A stretch of DNA of 64,000 nucleotides, taken from positions 1 through 64,000 of IMG/VR virus record IMGVR_UViG_3300033149_004458; one strand, written 5' to 3'. Positions 1-8,139 of this stretch are shown here, piece by piece. The notes under the pieces were generated by a model. That model was not told the DNA's origin, did not search any database, and saw only the letters and a list, made by a program, of their open reading frames with translations. Origin of the DNA: a virus. Numbering within the stretch: position 1 is the first letter of the stretch; every line of letters begins with the position of its first letter. The position numbers and the translations under genes were made by a program.

Positions 1-114
1 GGTGGTGGGAGGAGGAAGAATGAAATAATAGACTAGGTGAACACGAAGAGTTGGGGTAGAAAGGTTTTCTCGGTAAAGACGATAGCCAAATTATTAGAAT
101 GAGGGAGGTAAAAA

Positions 115-477
115 ATGCCGAAGGTGGTATTTGATGTAGAGTTTGGTTATGCGCCGCAGTATCGTAGACCGTGTTATGCACGGGTTAAGCTAGAACTTCC
201 ACGGGATGGAGACAAGTATGGTATTCCATGGGAGGTTCAGGCTCCAACCAGAGAGGTTTTTGGAAGTTGCCTAGGTAGGTTATGGGGGTATACTTCTTCT
301 TCTGGAAAGTATCGGTACAGTGTCGAGAAGGTTACCGGTACATCCTGGGGAGAAGTGAGTCAGAGGGTAAAGGAGCTGATCGAGGACACCCTGGTGACTT
401 TACGGAAGGTTGTCGAAGAAAACCGGAAGGTAAAGGATATGCAACCGGTTGATTATCGAAAGGAGGTGTGCTTATGA
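115..477 (+). CDS. hypothetical phage protein (120 aa)
   Basis: Strong SD (GGGAGGT) before ATG; followed by a terminator. Confidence 0.8.
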   Translation: MPKVVFDVEFGYAPQYRRPCYARVKLELPRDGDKYGIPWEVQAPTREVFGSCLGRLWGYTSSSGKYRYSVEKVTGTSWGEVSQRVKELIEDTLVTLRKVVEENRKVKDMQPVDYRKEVCL

Positions 478-507
478 ACTGACAAATACTTCACCAACAA
501 TTGAATA

Positions 508-540
508 GGAACCGGTCTGGTCAACCGGTTCCATTTTTTT
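508..540 (+). terminator. intrinsic terminator
   Basis: Stem GGAACCGGT/ACCGGTTCC, loop CTGGTCA, then ATTTTTTT. Confidence 0.85.
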
Positions 541-776
541 ATGTCTACCTGAATAATAGGGTATCTAACCTGATTTTGGGTGAGAGAAGAGCGCGGTTAC
601 CCCCAGATATAGCGGTTATCTACCAGCAACCCTTGGAATATTTCTGGGAATCCCACTGGTTTCTGGTGAATAAGCTTTCCGGTTAAGTGCGGAGTAGCAG
701 GTTAAATTGGAAAGATAATCAAATCTGCTTAGTGATAAGGTATCTAACCTAGAGATAGCGTGTAGGTTAAAGGGGC

Positions 777-805
777 TTGACTTCTGATTAACCATATGCT
801 ATACT
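777..805 (+). promoter_or_regulatory. sigma70-type promoter
   Basis: TTGACT-17 bp-TATACT with TG extended -10. Confidence 0.8.
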
Positions 806-852
806 GAGTATGTAGTGGGGACAGCTAGGTTAGACTGAAAGGAGCGGTTAAA

Positions 853-1041
853 ATGCAAGTAGTGGTAATCTCAGATGTGGTGGACCCAGAGTCTGGTGAA
901 GTCATTTTGTCCACGGGACATTATGACGACGCTGACCCCAGGGTCAGCCGGTGTCTCCGGTTGGAAGAGGCCGGAGACGAGAATATTAAGTCAACGTTCG
1001 TCCGCTTCAATGGGAGGCTTACCCTGATGGTTAAAGGATAA
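853..1041 (+). CDS. hypothetical protein (62 aa)
   Basis: Own promoter, SD AAAGGAG and terminator. Confidence 0.8.
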   Translation: MQVVVISDVVDPESGEVILSTGHYDDADPRVSRCLRLEEAGDENIKSTFVRFNGRLTLMVKG

Positions 1042-1055
1042 GCCGATAGGTCAGC

Positions 1056-1086
1056 TAGGGCGGCCTGGTCAGCCGCCCTACTTTTT
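1056..1086 (+). terminator. intrinsic terminator
   Basis: Stem TAGGGCGGC/GCCGCCCTA, loop CTGGTCA, then CTTTTT. Confidence 0.85.
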
Positions 1087-1597
1087 ACCTACCGCTTTAA
1101 TATGGTATCTAACCTGGACAGGAGCGAATTCTGGTAAGCAAGCTCCCAGGTTAAGTAAGATTTTCCTGGTTAAACCTCGTGTGAAATTAGAGCCAGAATA
1201 AAATAAAATATCTAACCGATTCTGGTAAGTAAACTCGCCGGTTAAGTATAATTTCCCAGGTTAAGTCGAATAAGAGGTTATCTGTGTATTGGGATAAGGT
1301 ATCCAACCTTGGGTAAGCAGGTTTTCCGGTTATATACCATGAGGCGGTAAGCAACCAACAGGGGGTCGGGCACCAGCGGGGTCTATGGCGGGCTCTGAAG
1401 TAGGGAAGCCTAGAGAGGGCCGTAGAGTGGGGACTGTGGAAACAGAAACTTTCCACTAGTGGAAACTGACAATCCTATAAACTTTCCATGTATGACCTTC
1501 CTATAAGGGAGTAGAGCTATCTTGTAGATGCACAAAGTGTTGCACACAAGGCAATTGAATGAATCAAAAAATGTTAAGATTCGCCGGTCATTTGTGC

Positions 1598-1653
1598 TTG
1601 TGTTTATTTGACCTTTGGAGTATAATATAGATAGTTGACTGGCTGATAGTCAA
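1598..1653 (+). promoter_or_regulatory. sigma70-type promoter with downstream inverted repeat (possible operator)
   Basis: TTGTGT-17-TATAAT (1598-1626); TTGACT-N7-AGTCAA at 1635-1653. Confidence 0.6.
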
Positions 1654-1676
1654 GACAATCTTATTTGGAGGGATGT

Positions 1677-1799
1677 ATGACTAGCGAGAGTGGAGCGAAA
1701 TTGGGCACGGTGTTGATTGTAGTATGCTTGCTGATACTAGTGATACTACTAGCGTCGGCCCATGGGCTGTCTAGCGGAATTATCCGTCTAGGCTTCTAA
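1677..1799 (+). CDS. small single-pass membrane peptide (40 aa; not in ORF track)
   Basis: SD GGAGGG; MTSESGAKLGTVLIVVCLLILVILLASAHGLSSGIIRLGF. Confidence 0.7.
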   Translation: MTSESGAKLGTVLIVVCLLILVILLASAHGLSSGIIRLGF

Positions 1800-1813
1800 A
1801 AGGGGGTAGGACA

Positions 1814-2482
1814 ATGGCAAAGAAAACTGTAACTAGTGTTGCACAGAGTGTCTTCGAGAAGGCCGTGGATACTTTTGTTGTTTCTGAGGAACTAGCTGCC
1901 TTCCTAAAGGCAAAACAGAGCAACGTGAATCTTGCTGAAGGGATTCGGGCCGCCTATACAAGGGCTGGTCAGAAGTTTTACTCAGCGAGAATCGATGGGG
2001 AGATTAACGTTGCTCTGGGTTCCAATGGAACAAAGGGCGCTAGTGTTAGGACGAAAGAGCTATTGGCTCTTTCGTCTAGCGCGTGGGATGACAAAGAGAG
2101 AGAAGAGCGACTTGTAGGATTGATTCTCTCTCTTCTCTGTCCTACTGAAATACAATTTCTGGCTGGGCAGATTGTCTATGAGTATGGGAAGTCGGCTTTT
2201 CAAAAACTACTTGCGAATCTGGGATATGAGCGCGAGTGGGCTGAACTAGCATACTCTGTAGGGAAAATCTATCATAATGCCACAGAGCATATTCCTAGTG
2301 AGAACAAGACAAAGAAAAGAAAATCTACTCCAGTAGACACAGAGAAGATAGAGAGAGCGCGTGCGAAACTGCGTGACTCTCTCTCCACTGTTCGTCAGCG
2401 GACGCGCCGCTACGCTAACATGGAAGAGTACCGCAAGGCGCACAGTAAGGAAAGTGAGGAAGAGAATAAAGACAATTCATAG
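1814..2482 (+). CDS. hypothetical protein (222 aa, basic C-terminus)
   Basis: Long ORF with purine-rich SD and a downstream terminator. Confidence 0.85.
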   Translation: MAKKTVTSVAQSVFEKAVDTFVVSEELAAFLKAKQSNVNLAEGIRAAYTRAGQKFYSARIDGEINVALGSNGTKGASVRTKELLALSSSAWDDKEREERLVGLILSLLCPTEIQFLAGQIVYEYGKSAFQKLLANLGYEREWAELAYSVGKIYHNATEHIPSENKTKKRKSTPVDTEKIERARAKLRDSLSTVRQRTRRYANMEEYRKAHSKESEEENKDNS

Positions 2483-2509
2483 ATAAGACAATCCCCAAAC
2501 AACCGAATA

Positions 2510-2550
2510 AACCCGCTAGGCTTGGGCAACCTAGCGGGTTATTTTGTTTG
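2510..2550 (+). terminator. intrinsic terminator, possibly bidirectional
   Basis: Stem AACCCGCTAGG/CCTAGCGGGTT with T-rich tail and A-rich upstream flank. Confidence 0.85.
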
Positions 2551-2554
2551 TCCC

Positions 2555-2630
2555 CTGTTACATAACATAGTTATGCGTAACATGCCTGTGTATAAGTATT
2601 CTGTGCATAAGTATGTTATGTTAAAGAATG
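2555..2630. other. pair of inverted dif-like sites / 15-bp periodic array
   Basis: TCTGTGCATAA-GTATG-TTATGTTAAAG (2600-2626) and, on the minus strand, GTTACGCATAA-CTATG-TTATGTAACAG (2555-2581). Confidence 0.4.
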
Positions 2631-2788
2631 TTAAAAAAGAAGATACTCCCCCCCTTTATCTTAAAAAAGATGCCAATTGCCATTACTTTTGACGGCTTTC
2701 TTCATTCTAACAATTTTTTCCACATACGTCATGTCAATTTTTGCCAATGTTATATGTCAAATTTTGACAATATTATATATCTTATTGT

Positions 2789-3082
2789 TTAACCTCTTGG
2801 GGCTAATTTAATACCCAGGGCTGAGAGGATTTCATGTAGGATGGTAGGACCCACTCCGATTGCCAGGCTGGTTAACGTTCTTCCTACGTATTCGTTTGGG
2901 AAATAATCTACAAATAGGTTCATTTCGCTTAACCAGCCTACTGCTGCTCCTAATACTAGAGATACATAAAATAGGTACCATGAATCCCAGTTAGGGTATT
3001 TCTTTTTAATTGGTGCCACAGCTGCATCGATTAATACTTTTACTACGGTAGCCAGACTTACTATTTGTGCTGCTAATTCCAT
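2789..3082 (-). CDS. holin-like membrane protein (97 aa)
   Basis: About three hydrophobic segments; last gene of the late operon. Confidence 0.6.
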   Translation of the reverse strand: MELAAQIVSLATVVKVLIDAAVAPIKKKYPNWDSWYLFYVSLVLGAAVGWLSEMNLFVDYFPNEYVGRTLTSLAIGVGPTILHEILSALGIKLAPRG

Positions 3083-3140
3083 TTTTATTATGTCCTTTCT
3101 ATATATTTATAGCAAATTATACTTATGGCAGGTTAGGCCT

Positions 3141-3446
3141 TTACAAATTCTTATATACACGAAATGTACCTGTGTCTGAGTGCCAGGAGCCGGTGGGTAA
3201 TACAACACGGGCCTGGATTTTCCAGAGACCGATTGTGTCCAGGTCGTTAGCTACAGTTGTATATTTTAGTTTTCCATCTGTACCATCGGTGACGAAGGTG
3301 GCGTTTTTGGTCATTGTCGTGCCATTTGGTTTCTGGAACAAAATTTGCTTTGTCGTTGCTCCTGAGATGTCTACCACTGTTGTACCGTCCAATAATGTTA
3401 CCTGGAAAACTGTACCTACGTCTCCTTTGTGTATTTCTGCGCTCAT
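3141..3446 (-). CDS. BppU/baseplate-upper-like beta-sandwich protein
   Basis: MSAEIHKGDVGTVFQVTL...DGKLKYTT...GLWKIQARVV pattern; start moved to the ATG after SD GGAGGT. Confidence 0.6.
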   Translation of the reverse strand: MSAEIHKGDVGTVFQVTLLDGTTVVDISGATTKQILFQKPNGTTMTKNATFVTDGTDGKLKYTTVANDLDTIGLWKIQARVVLPTGSWHSDTGTFRVYKNL

Positions 3447-3601
3447 AATTCTACCTCCACGGGCCATTTCCTTGTTATTACCAATGATACCAATTTTTCT
3501 GAGCAGCGGTAAAATGTTGCTGCCCATGACTGCGACAGGTTTAGTATAGAATTTTTCTGCCGCGAAATATATAGTGTAAATGCAATAATTTCACCGCTCA
3601 A
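3443..3601 (-). CDS. hypothetical micro-protein (52 aa; not in ORF track)
   Basis: TTG start after SD AGGAG; ATGA overlap with the next gene. Confidence 0.5.
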   Translation of the reverse strand: MSGEIIAFTLYISRQKNSILNLSQSWAATFYRCSEKLVSLVITRKWPVEVEL

Positions 3602-3698
3602 GGACCATCTCCTGCACCCTCAGAATGTGTAATGTAAATGAGATGGTTTCCTGAAATGGAAACCGATGAATATATGAATCAAGTAAAAGTAATAGCAT
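3591..3698 (-). CDS. hypothetical micro-protein (35 aa; not in ORF track)
   Basis: ATG immediately after the upstream stop; fills the operon gap. Confidence 0.45.
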   Translation of the reverse strand: MLLLLLDSYIHRFPFQETISFTLHILRVQEMVLER

Positions 3699-3699
3699 G

Positions 3700-5667
3700 C
3701 TATCTTCCTATAATCCATCCCACCAAAATCTGTATGAATTGGTTGATGTTCTTGATTAGTGCTCCGAACGTCCCTGGCGACCAGGAAACTGAGCTTACAA
3801 CCGTGTTCATAATGTCGTTGGCCGTCATGCTGGGCTTCGGCACGACGCTTGGTATATCTCCCTCGAACCAATGCGCGAAGCTGTCTTGATCGTCGTCTAC
3901 GTAGACGCTTCCAGAGGCGTTCTGGCAGACGAACTCAATCTTGCAGAAGCCATTTTCTCCGGCTATACCAGAGACGGTCAACAATTCCCACGTATCTACA
4001 CTGTCTGTCATTGCGGCGGTGTCGGTCGTGATCCCTGCACCCGACAATCGAACGTAGGGCAGAGCCGCCATCGAGACATCCTTCCTCATATAACAGGAAT
4101 AGGCGACTGTCTCCCCTGCTTTGGCAAAGACGGTTGCCTCAGCAACCAGCTCGTTGTCAGCGTCGTTGGGGCTCATCAGCAGGGCATAGTCGCCAGAGTA
4201 TTTGACGGTGGATTGTTTCTCGTAAGAGCCGTAGTCCGCATAGGTCTTATGAGCGTAGGTTGTTCCTCCCAATGTTGTATTGCCAAATCTCACCCTAGAA
4301 CCAGAAAGAAGATTGCTGATATTAGTCATAGTGGCACTATCAAAAGAGGAGTCATGAATATAAGCATCATTATAACCAGAACTAAAAGTTATCGCTCCAG
4401 TTCCCAGATTGGTTGCTGTCAGATTGTCAATGACTATATTGGCATTGGAAAAGTAAATGCGGATAGCATGTTCTGCTGAGTCAATGGTTGTGTTTGAAAC
4501 AGTGAAGGAGAAACATCCCGCAAAGCATAACGGAGAATATGTGCCATGATTGAAGTCTCTAAACTCATTACTATCAAGAGTACAGTTTGCCGCACTATCC
4601 CACCCAAAAAAACCATAGTATCTACTGTCGTGGATAATATTGTTATTAAAAGAAGAATTATTAGCTCTTCTGTTCTCGATCCCTGCTGCCAAAGCAAATC
4701 TAGCTCCAAAATTATTCGAGATATTGCTTCCAGTTGCCACATAAACAAGCAAAAAAGCCCCTGCCGAACCCCCAGCCAACAGATTGCCAAAATTATAGCC
4801 CACATTATAGGTTAAAGTTGAAGGCTGATTTTTAAGATAGAAACCACCGCTAACTCCATTGGTTGTATAAGCCGAACAGTAACTAACAGTTCCTCCTCCC
4901 TCAAGAGTTACACCATGAGAAGAAACAGAGGGGTTAGTAGCAATATCCTTGAACTCCACCCAAGTAATAGTTGCCTGAACACTCCGTGTATCAAACTTTA
5001 TGAAAGTTTCATAAGAAGTGTCATAAGCAATAAATCTGATATTCCTAGTTAAATTACCCACATACCTAGTAGCATCGTGGGAATAAGAAAAATTGGAGTC
5101 AACTGTTATCTGGTTGCCAGAAAAGCCTACGATAGTTTTCCTTTCGGTCTGATTATACGCACCGCTGACAAAAATCTCATCTCCAACATTCCAACAAGAG
5201 GAATTGTCGTTGGTCGTTGAGATAGTGTCCCCACTAGCCGATACAGAAACGCTATCGTAACTCCGTGTCTTGTCAAAGCCCTGAAGGACTATAATCGCAC
5301 CATTCTCTGACTTAATGCCATATTTAATGTCAGCCAAACTTGCCGAATAGTTTAACTTAATCGTCAAGGTCTTTGTCCCGTCAGAAGTGCCATCTAAATC
5401 TAGTGTTCCCCCATTCCTGATATAGAGGTCTCCCTTGAGAATGAGTGTGTCGTCCCCCGCATTATCCCAATCCAGCGTTCCCCCATTGAGGATGTCCAGC
5501 GCAGGCGTTGCAGTATCATCACCAACGGTGATGTCAGTGTCAATCGTGATCGTGTCACCAGAGACGATCTGGACAGTATCGCCCTCACCTGGCACGACCC
5601 CGCCAGCCCAGCTTGCTGGGTCTGACCAGTTGCCGCCACCCGTGCCGTTGGACTGAATCGCAGCCAC
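3700..5667 (-). CDS. G8-like plus right-handed beta-helix virion/adhesin protein (655 aa)
   Basis: N-terminal GNWSDPASWAGGVVP..GDTV motif, Asn/Gly-rich parallel beta-helix repeats, C-terminal CBM-like domain. Confidence 0.7.
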   Translation of the reverse strand: MAAIQSNGTGGGNWSDPASWAGGVVPGEGDTVQIVSGDTITIDTDITVGDDTATPALDILNGGTLDWDNAGDDTLILKGDLYIRNGGTLDLDGTSDGTKTLTIKLNYSASLADIKYGIKSENGAIIVLQGFDKTRSYDSVSVSASGDTISTTNDNSSCWNVGDEIFVSGAYNQTERKTIVGFSGNQITVDSNFSYSHDATRYVGNLTRNIRFIAYDTSYETFIKFDTRSVQATITWVEFKDIATNPSVSSHGVTLEGGGTVSYCSAYTTNGVSGGFYLKNQPSTLTYNVGYNFGNLLAGGSAGAFLLVYVATGSNISNNFGARFALAAGIENRRANNSSFNNNIIHDSRYYGFFGWDSAANCTLDSNEFRDFNHGTYSPLCFAGCFSFTVSNTTIDSAEHAIRIYFSNANIVIDNLTATNLGTGAITFSSGYNDAYIHDSSFDSATMTNISNLLSGSRVRFGNTTLGGTTYAHKTYADYGSYEKQSTVKYSGDYALLMSPNDADNELVAEATVFAKAGETVAYSCYMRKDVSMAALPYVRLSGAGITTDTAAMTDSVDTWELLTVSGIAGENGFCKIEFVCQNASGSVYVDDDQDSFAHWFEGDIPSVVPKPSMTANDIMNTVVSSVSWSPGTFGALIKNINQFIQILVGWIIGR

Positions 5668-5927
5668 TAGTGCACTGCCTCCTCAGACTGCAACTTGATC
5701 TCTGTGCCAACGTACCGTTGAAGTTGGGCCTCAGCGTCATAGCCTGCCTTGAAACGACGCAACGCATCACGAATGAGCTCGACGGCCTCCTCCCTGGTCG
5801 CAGTTCCGGCATCAACGCTGATCGTCGGGCCAGGAAAGCTCTCGTCATCCCGCCAGAAAGAGCACGTGATGTCAATCCTGTCGTCTACTTTCGTGATCCG
5901 CTCGATAACTGCTTTGTACTCCGCCAT
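5667..5927 (-). CDS. hypothetical protein
   Basis: SD GGAGGTG; packed in the operon. Confidence 0.75.
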   Translation of the reverse strand: MAEYKAVIERITKVDDRIDITCSFWRDDESFPGPTISVDAGTATREEAVELIRDALRRFKAGYDAEAQLQRYVGTEIKLQSEEAVH

Positions 5928-5929
5928 TC

Positions 5930-6433
5930 TCACACCTCCGCCCAGGCTGACATAGATTGAAGCTCGCCAGAACTCCAGGTGAGCGTCCGCTGATATGCCG
6001 TTCCGCCAATAGTCGCCTGGATCGTTTGCAACTCGCCTGAGGACCAGGTGAAGGCCAGCGACGGGTTGTTCTTGCTCGCGTCGGTCGGTGGTGTCTCCTG
6101 TTCCTCAACAGGCTGTGTCTCAGATAGATCGGCCTTGGCCTGAAGCTCCGTCAAGAGAGACTGCAACTCTGACAGAATGGATGCCGAATTATCCTCCGTC
6201 ACCAGGCCACGGGAACCGGAGATGAAGTTGTCAATGATCTCGACCGCAGCCTGGATCGCTGTCAGTTCTGCGCCTTGGACGTGGACCGCGTTCCCAGAGA
6301 CGCCTGCCTGGTCTCCGCTGTCATCGACGATGGCGATAGCCTGGATATGATCTCCATCGCCGTCTACGAATGTCTTAATGCTCTTGCCTGACGTATCATC
6401 GCGTCGGGTTGCTGAGGATTCTGAGAGTGCCAT
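5930..6433 (-). CDS. hypothetical virion-associated protein
   Basis: TAATG coupling; internal repeat LxxTWSSGELQ twice. Confidence 0.7.
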   Translation of the reverse strand: MALSESSATRRDDTSGKSIKTFVDGDGDHIQAIAIVDDSGDQAGVSGNAVHVQGAELTAIQAAVEIIDNFISGSRGLVTEDNSASILSELQSLLTELQAKADLSETQPVEEQETPPTDASKNNPSLAFTWSSGELQTIQATIGGTAYQRTLTWSSGELQSMSAWAEV

Positions 6434-6867
6434 TACTCGCTTTCCTCCCACAAATCCCTATGCGCCGCCAGGTAGCCTCGTGCCTCGTCGCCGCTTTCCT
6501 CCCAGGAGGCTCCTACCCCGCCGAACAGCGCCATGCGCAGGTAGTCAGTGCCCCCGCGCGAGAAGGTTGCGACGGGCGTATCACCGCCCGCGAAGTGGGC
6601 CGTTGTCAGGCTGTGGTCGATGGTCGCAGGATCAACACCGAACAGCGCCACCAACCGTTCCTTGAACCACTCCACGGTCAGGTTGTTCTCGTCAAACAGC
6701 GCCTCGAAGATAGCAGCCTCGCCGTCCAACCGCGTCCGCCAATGGCATAGCATACACGGCAGATTGTGATGTGCTGGCCCCAGGCGGCGCAGGGCCTCCA
6801 CCAGCGTCGCCCGCTGACTGGCGTTAAGGTTTAGGTTCTCTATGCCAAAGTAGCCGTGCCAGGCCAT
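6433..6867 (-). CDS. hypothetical protein
   Basis: SD GAGGTG; packed in the operon. Confidence 0.75.
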   Translation of the reverse strand: MAWHGYFGIENLNLNASQRATLVEALRRLGPAHHNLPCMLCHWRTRLDGEAAIFEALFDENNLTVEWFKERLVALFGVDPATIDHSLTTAHFAGGDTPVATFSRGGTDYLRMALFGGVGASWEESGDEARGYLAAHRDLWEESE

Positions 6868-6874
6868 AATCACC

Positions 6875-7612
6875 TCACGATATTACGTACAGGTCATCCA
6901 TCTGCGCCGTTGTCATCGCGTAGTCGAACAGCACAATACAGGAAATCCAGCCCTTCCAATAGAAGGAGAGACCATCGCTACTGCCGAAGTACACCTTCGT
7001 TAGATCCCCCGCCCAGGTCCCCAGGCCTGTGTCATTCGCGTTCATCTGCGCGCCGTTCCAGCGATACTGCACGATATCGCCAGATGCGCTCCACGTCGTT
7101 GCAGTGTAAAACCAGGCCGTCGTTGACGTAGTCTTATCGCCTACCTCGTAAGTACCTCCACGGCGGTGAATCCAGGTCGGTCTATTGCTGGCAACATTCC
7201 TGTGGAGCATTATGTAGTTATTGTCGTCCACAAACAGCCTGCCAATGGCCCGCTCAGCGTCATCGGTCCAAACCGTCGCATCGTAGGCTCGCGCCCAAAC
7301 CGCCAACGTGCCCTCATCGCCGTTGAACAAGCCACCATTCAGCGCCGAGAGGACGCTCGCCCCTGCGCCAACGTAGTCATTCACTCCGTCAAAGTAAAAC
7401 GCCCCCAGGCCCCCAGGCCCGCTTTGCCCCAGCGTGCAGCCCGTGATGCTTCCATGCAGCCCGTTCCCGCTCCAGTCGTGCGCCACCGACCCTGATAGCT
7501 CGTTTAAGGGCCAGAAGGCGATGGGCTCATACCACAGCACCTTGTCGTAGTAAGAACAACCAAATATCCCAGGGACGCTAGAAATTCCTGATAACCCTGA
7601 TACTCCACCCAT
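6875..7612 (-). CDS. LamG/concanavalin A-like lectin domain protein
   Basis: PIAFWPLNE.SG..A.D.SGNG, FDGVNDY and KG.I....FD.A.T..Q...LY motifs. Confidence 0.85.
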   Translation of the reverse strand: MGGVSGLSGISSVPGIFGCSYYDKVLWYEPIAFWPLNELSGSVAHDWSGNGLHGSITGCTLGQSGPGGLGAFYFDGVNDYVGAGASVLSALNGGLFNGDEGTLAVWARAYDATVWTDDAERAIGRLFVDDNNYIMLHRNVASNRPTWIHRRGGTYEVGDKTTSTTAWFYTATTWSASGDIVQYRWNGAQMNANDTGLGTWAGDLTKVYFGSSDGLSFYWKGWISCIVLFDYAMTTAQMDDLYVIS

Positions 7613-7615
7613 GAT

Positions 7616-7972
7616 TTATTCCACCCAATGATTTAATACATTTACTTTGCCTGTAACCCCAGAACCACCCGCTGATAAAGTAACTACCATGTTTTTGCCT
7701 TTTGATCCATGCTTGGGGGCAGGGAAAATTATAAACCCTGCTCCTCCGGTTGTAATATCCATACTGAAAATAGTCGCCCCACCAACTGCAATACTAAGAT
7801 TTCCATTAGTAGGAACATTATCATAGCTCCAAGCCAAACCCGTGATTACATGACATGCCCCTCTTACTGCTGCATAGGTAATAACTGCATCAGTATTGGC
7901 AGCAGGTTCATCTACATCGTTATTATCCGAATAAACACTGCTGAATGTTATAGGCTTTAGTGTTTCTGACAT
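7616..7972 (-). CDS. hypothetical beta-rich virion protein (118 aa)
   Basis: Coupled ORF in the late operon. Confidence 0.75.
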   Translation of the reverse strand: MSETLKPITFSSVYSDNNDVDEPAANTDAVITYAAVRGACHVITGLAWSYDNVPTNGNLSIAVGGATIFSMDITTGGAGFIIFPAPKHGSKGKNMVVTLSAGGSGVTGKVNVLNHWVE

Positions 7973-8139
7973 TATTTCTCTGCTCCAACATCTTGTCGTT
8001 TGAGAATAACCGGGTTACCGCCATTCTCTAACGAGTAGTTTATTTCCGCAAAAACCCTTGTATATTTTTGCAGGCTTATAATTATTTCTCTTCTTAATCT
8101 TTTAAGTTCCTCTAAATTATCCAGTATCTTGTTTGACAT
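7972..8139 (-). CDS. hypothetical protein (55 aa; not in ORF track)
   Basis: MSNKILDNLEELKRLRRE...; TAATG overlap with the next gene. Confidence 0.6.
   Translation of the reverse strand: MSNKILDNLEELKRLRREIIISLQKYTRVFAEINYSLENGGNPVILKRQDVGAEK

Larger units (their letters stand above)
554..1335 (+). repeat. degenerate repeated intergenic modules (GGTATCTAACCT boxes and CC(N)GGTTAAGT units)
   Basis: GGTATCTAACCT at 560, 739, 1104; GGTATCCAACCT at 1298; related TTCTGGT...GGTTAAGT blocks at about 661, 1129, 1220. Confidence 0.75.

Noticed and set aside
554-1335. CRISPR array
   Set aside because: The repeats are short, degenerate and irregularly spaced. No cas operon is present; the Cas4-like gene sits in the replication module.
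501-1456. Track ORFs 501-686 (+) and 1187-1456 (-)
   Set aside because: They run through a terminator or repeat DNA and lack an SD.
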